Position numbers and translations under genes: made by a program. 64,000 nt of DNA, taken from contig JAUZTB010000033.1 in NCBI GenBank assembly GCA_034780895.1, forward strand, positions 8,213,513-8,277,512, written 5' to 3'. Below the pieces are notes generated by a model. The model saw only the letters and a list, made by a program, of their open reading frames with translations, made no database searches and had not been told where the DNA came from. Positions 62,068-64,000 of this stretch are shown in pieces (the first letter of the stretch is position 1; each line of letters opens with the position of its first letter). The DNA is from Rhynchobatus australiae. Its lineage: Eukaryota.

Positions 62068-62799
62068 GTGAAGGAAATACCATTTTCTAATTGTAACTTC
62101 TTGAGTGGTATCATATTTTGCCTCCATTATCTTTCACAATTCCTCACTTACCTGTTTTATTCAGTGAGATAAGTGATTCCAATGATGCAGTTGGTGATAA
62201 AGTCCTAATGCCCTCAATAGTTTTACAAATCAGTCAGTTTTTGGGATGACAAGGAATCAGGCATTTTGTTCAATAATTTCTTGGGTCTGAGATTGAGGAA
62301 TAATTGTGGTCTTTCAGTTTTATTCATACCTCTAAAATATGCTAATAGAAGGATATGGGCTGGGGTATAGAATATAAGAGCATGGAGGTCATGTACAACT
62401 TCATAGAACTTTAGTTCCCTTTTTCTTGCCATTTCCTCCTCCCAGCTGGAATGCTACTTTTATTTAGGTCCCTTTCATTTAGATGTCAACCAGACTGCTT
62501 GCTATGGAAGTTGAATTTGGTGCAGTAAATTCAGGGCTTCATGGAATCCTATGGGGGAGGAGGTTGTTCTAGGCTGATGGACTGTCAGTTTATCCCCACT
62601 CCACAGACTGGTCTCCAAGTATATGCCTAGATACCTGTTTTAAATGTATGGAATCTGATTCCACCAAATTTTGTCTGGATTGCAACAATATATTCTGGTG
62701 TGTCTTAATGAGAGGCTTGTATTAAATCCACATTCTGTTAGAACAGAACACCTATACTCATTCTTGACGTTGAATGCAGTTATTATCAAAGGGTACGTG

Positions 62800-63585
62800 A
62801 CAGAAAATAGTGGTGGTGTTGATAGCAAGGAGGATTGTCTTAAGTTACAGAATGATATTTATCAGCTGGTCAATTGGCAGGAGCAATTGCAGATGGAATT
62901 TAATCCCAATAAGTGCCAGGTGATGCATTTTGCAAGGTCTTATGAGGGTAGGACTTAAACAATGAATGATGAGGCTTGAGAGAGTATGGAGGAACAGGGC
63001 AACCTTGGTTTCCAGGTAAATAAAGTAGTGAAGGAAACAGACAGGATGCGAGTCTTCATTCACCAGGGCATAGAATGCAAGAGCATCAGGGTTGTATGCA
63101 ACTTTGATTAGTTCACAGCTGGAGTACTGAGTGCAGTTCTGGTGCCACACTGTAGGAACCACGTGAATGCACAGGAGAGGGTGCAGAGGAGATTTACCAG
63201 AATGTTGCTTGGGATGGAATATTTTCAGTTGTAAGGAGTGATTAGATAGGCCAGGATCTGTTTGCTTTTCTTGGAGCAGAGGAGGCTGAGGGACCTGATA
63301 GAAGTATACAAAATTGAGCATAGATGGGGTGGTTAGTAAGAAACTTTATCCCATGATGGAAACATCTAATTGAGAGGGCATAGGTTTAAGGTGAGGAGTA
63401 AGAGGATCTGAGCAAAAACATCCTGAAGATGGCTGTAATCTGGAGCATGTTGCCTGAGAGGACACTCTCTCAACATTTAAAACGTATCTGATTAGCTGCA
63501 GAAGGCTACAAACCAAGTATTGAGATTAGTATTGATGGTCAATGTGGATGTGGTGGGCTAAAGGGTCTCTTTCTGTGCTGTGACT
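62800..63585 (+). mobile_element. CR1-type LINE RT C-terminus and 3'UTR
   Basis: GGVDSKEDCLKLQNDIYQLVNWQEQLQMEFNPNKCQVMHFARS; ERVQRRFTRML. Confidence 0.8.
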
Positions 63586-64000
63586 TTAACGTTAAACCAT
63601 TGTCAGGAGTAGAACTGGGGCCAAACTTCCCACTTGTTTCTCCTTTTATTGTCCCTTTTGCTTTATTACGTTCAAGTAATTGGTAGCTTCATAGCCTGAT
63701 TTTCCCAGGGACATTCAGTCTGCAATTTATTAAGCTGCTGAGTGGGTTCTTGTGCATGAGTGGATCTTTACTGCTTCATTTCATTTTCTACACACCTTCA
63801 GTTTAGTCTTCCAAAGCTCTCCACTGGGTCTCTCATCTAGCTACAGCATAAATATTGCTTTTGTTAGTAGAACCTAGTATTTATCACACTTTAGTATTAA
63901 GACAAGGCATTTAATTTTTGAATCAACTATGTGAAGCATTGTGAACTCGCACCAATAGGACCAGACAGTATTTGATTACAAACCAAGATTTGTGGAGAAA

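Overview
Eukaryotic, AT-rich, intron- and repeat-rich vertebrate DNA from a gapped draft assembly. The repeat content (V-SINE/HE1-like, DeuSINE-like, CR1, Penelope) suggests a cartilaginous fish; this is inference. Two + strand chromatin-regulator genes are visible. (1) The last four coding exons and 3'UTR of a QSER1/PRR12-family (DUF4211) gene, 1068-7240, whose sequence mixes QSER1 and PRR12 residues. (2) A CpG-island-driven CECR2-like gene (DDT/WHIM-type N-terminus plus bromodomain) starting at ATG 15903, with 11 visible exons up to 62067 and continuing beyond the window; two expected exons are not visible and probably lie in N gaps. Introns carry many CR1/L2/Rex-type LINE relics, SINEs, an L1 ORF1 fragment and a small Tigger-like MITE. 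They also carry a dispersed Penelope-like family whose terminal repeats contain minimal type-I hammerhead ribozyme cores, several copies with clear target-site duplications. Other notable items are an intronless, decayed internal LRP6 mRNA fragment in a CECR2-like intron and a candidate 22-nt poison microexon in the QSER1-like gene. All family assignments come from manual translation and recalled reference sequences; no searches were run.
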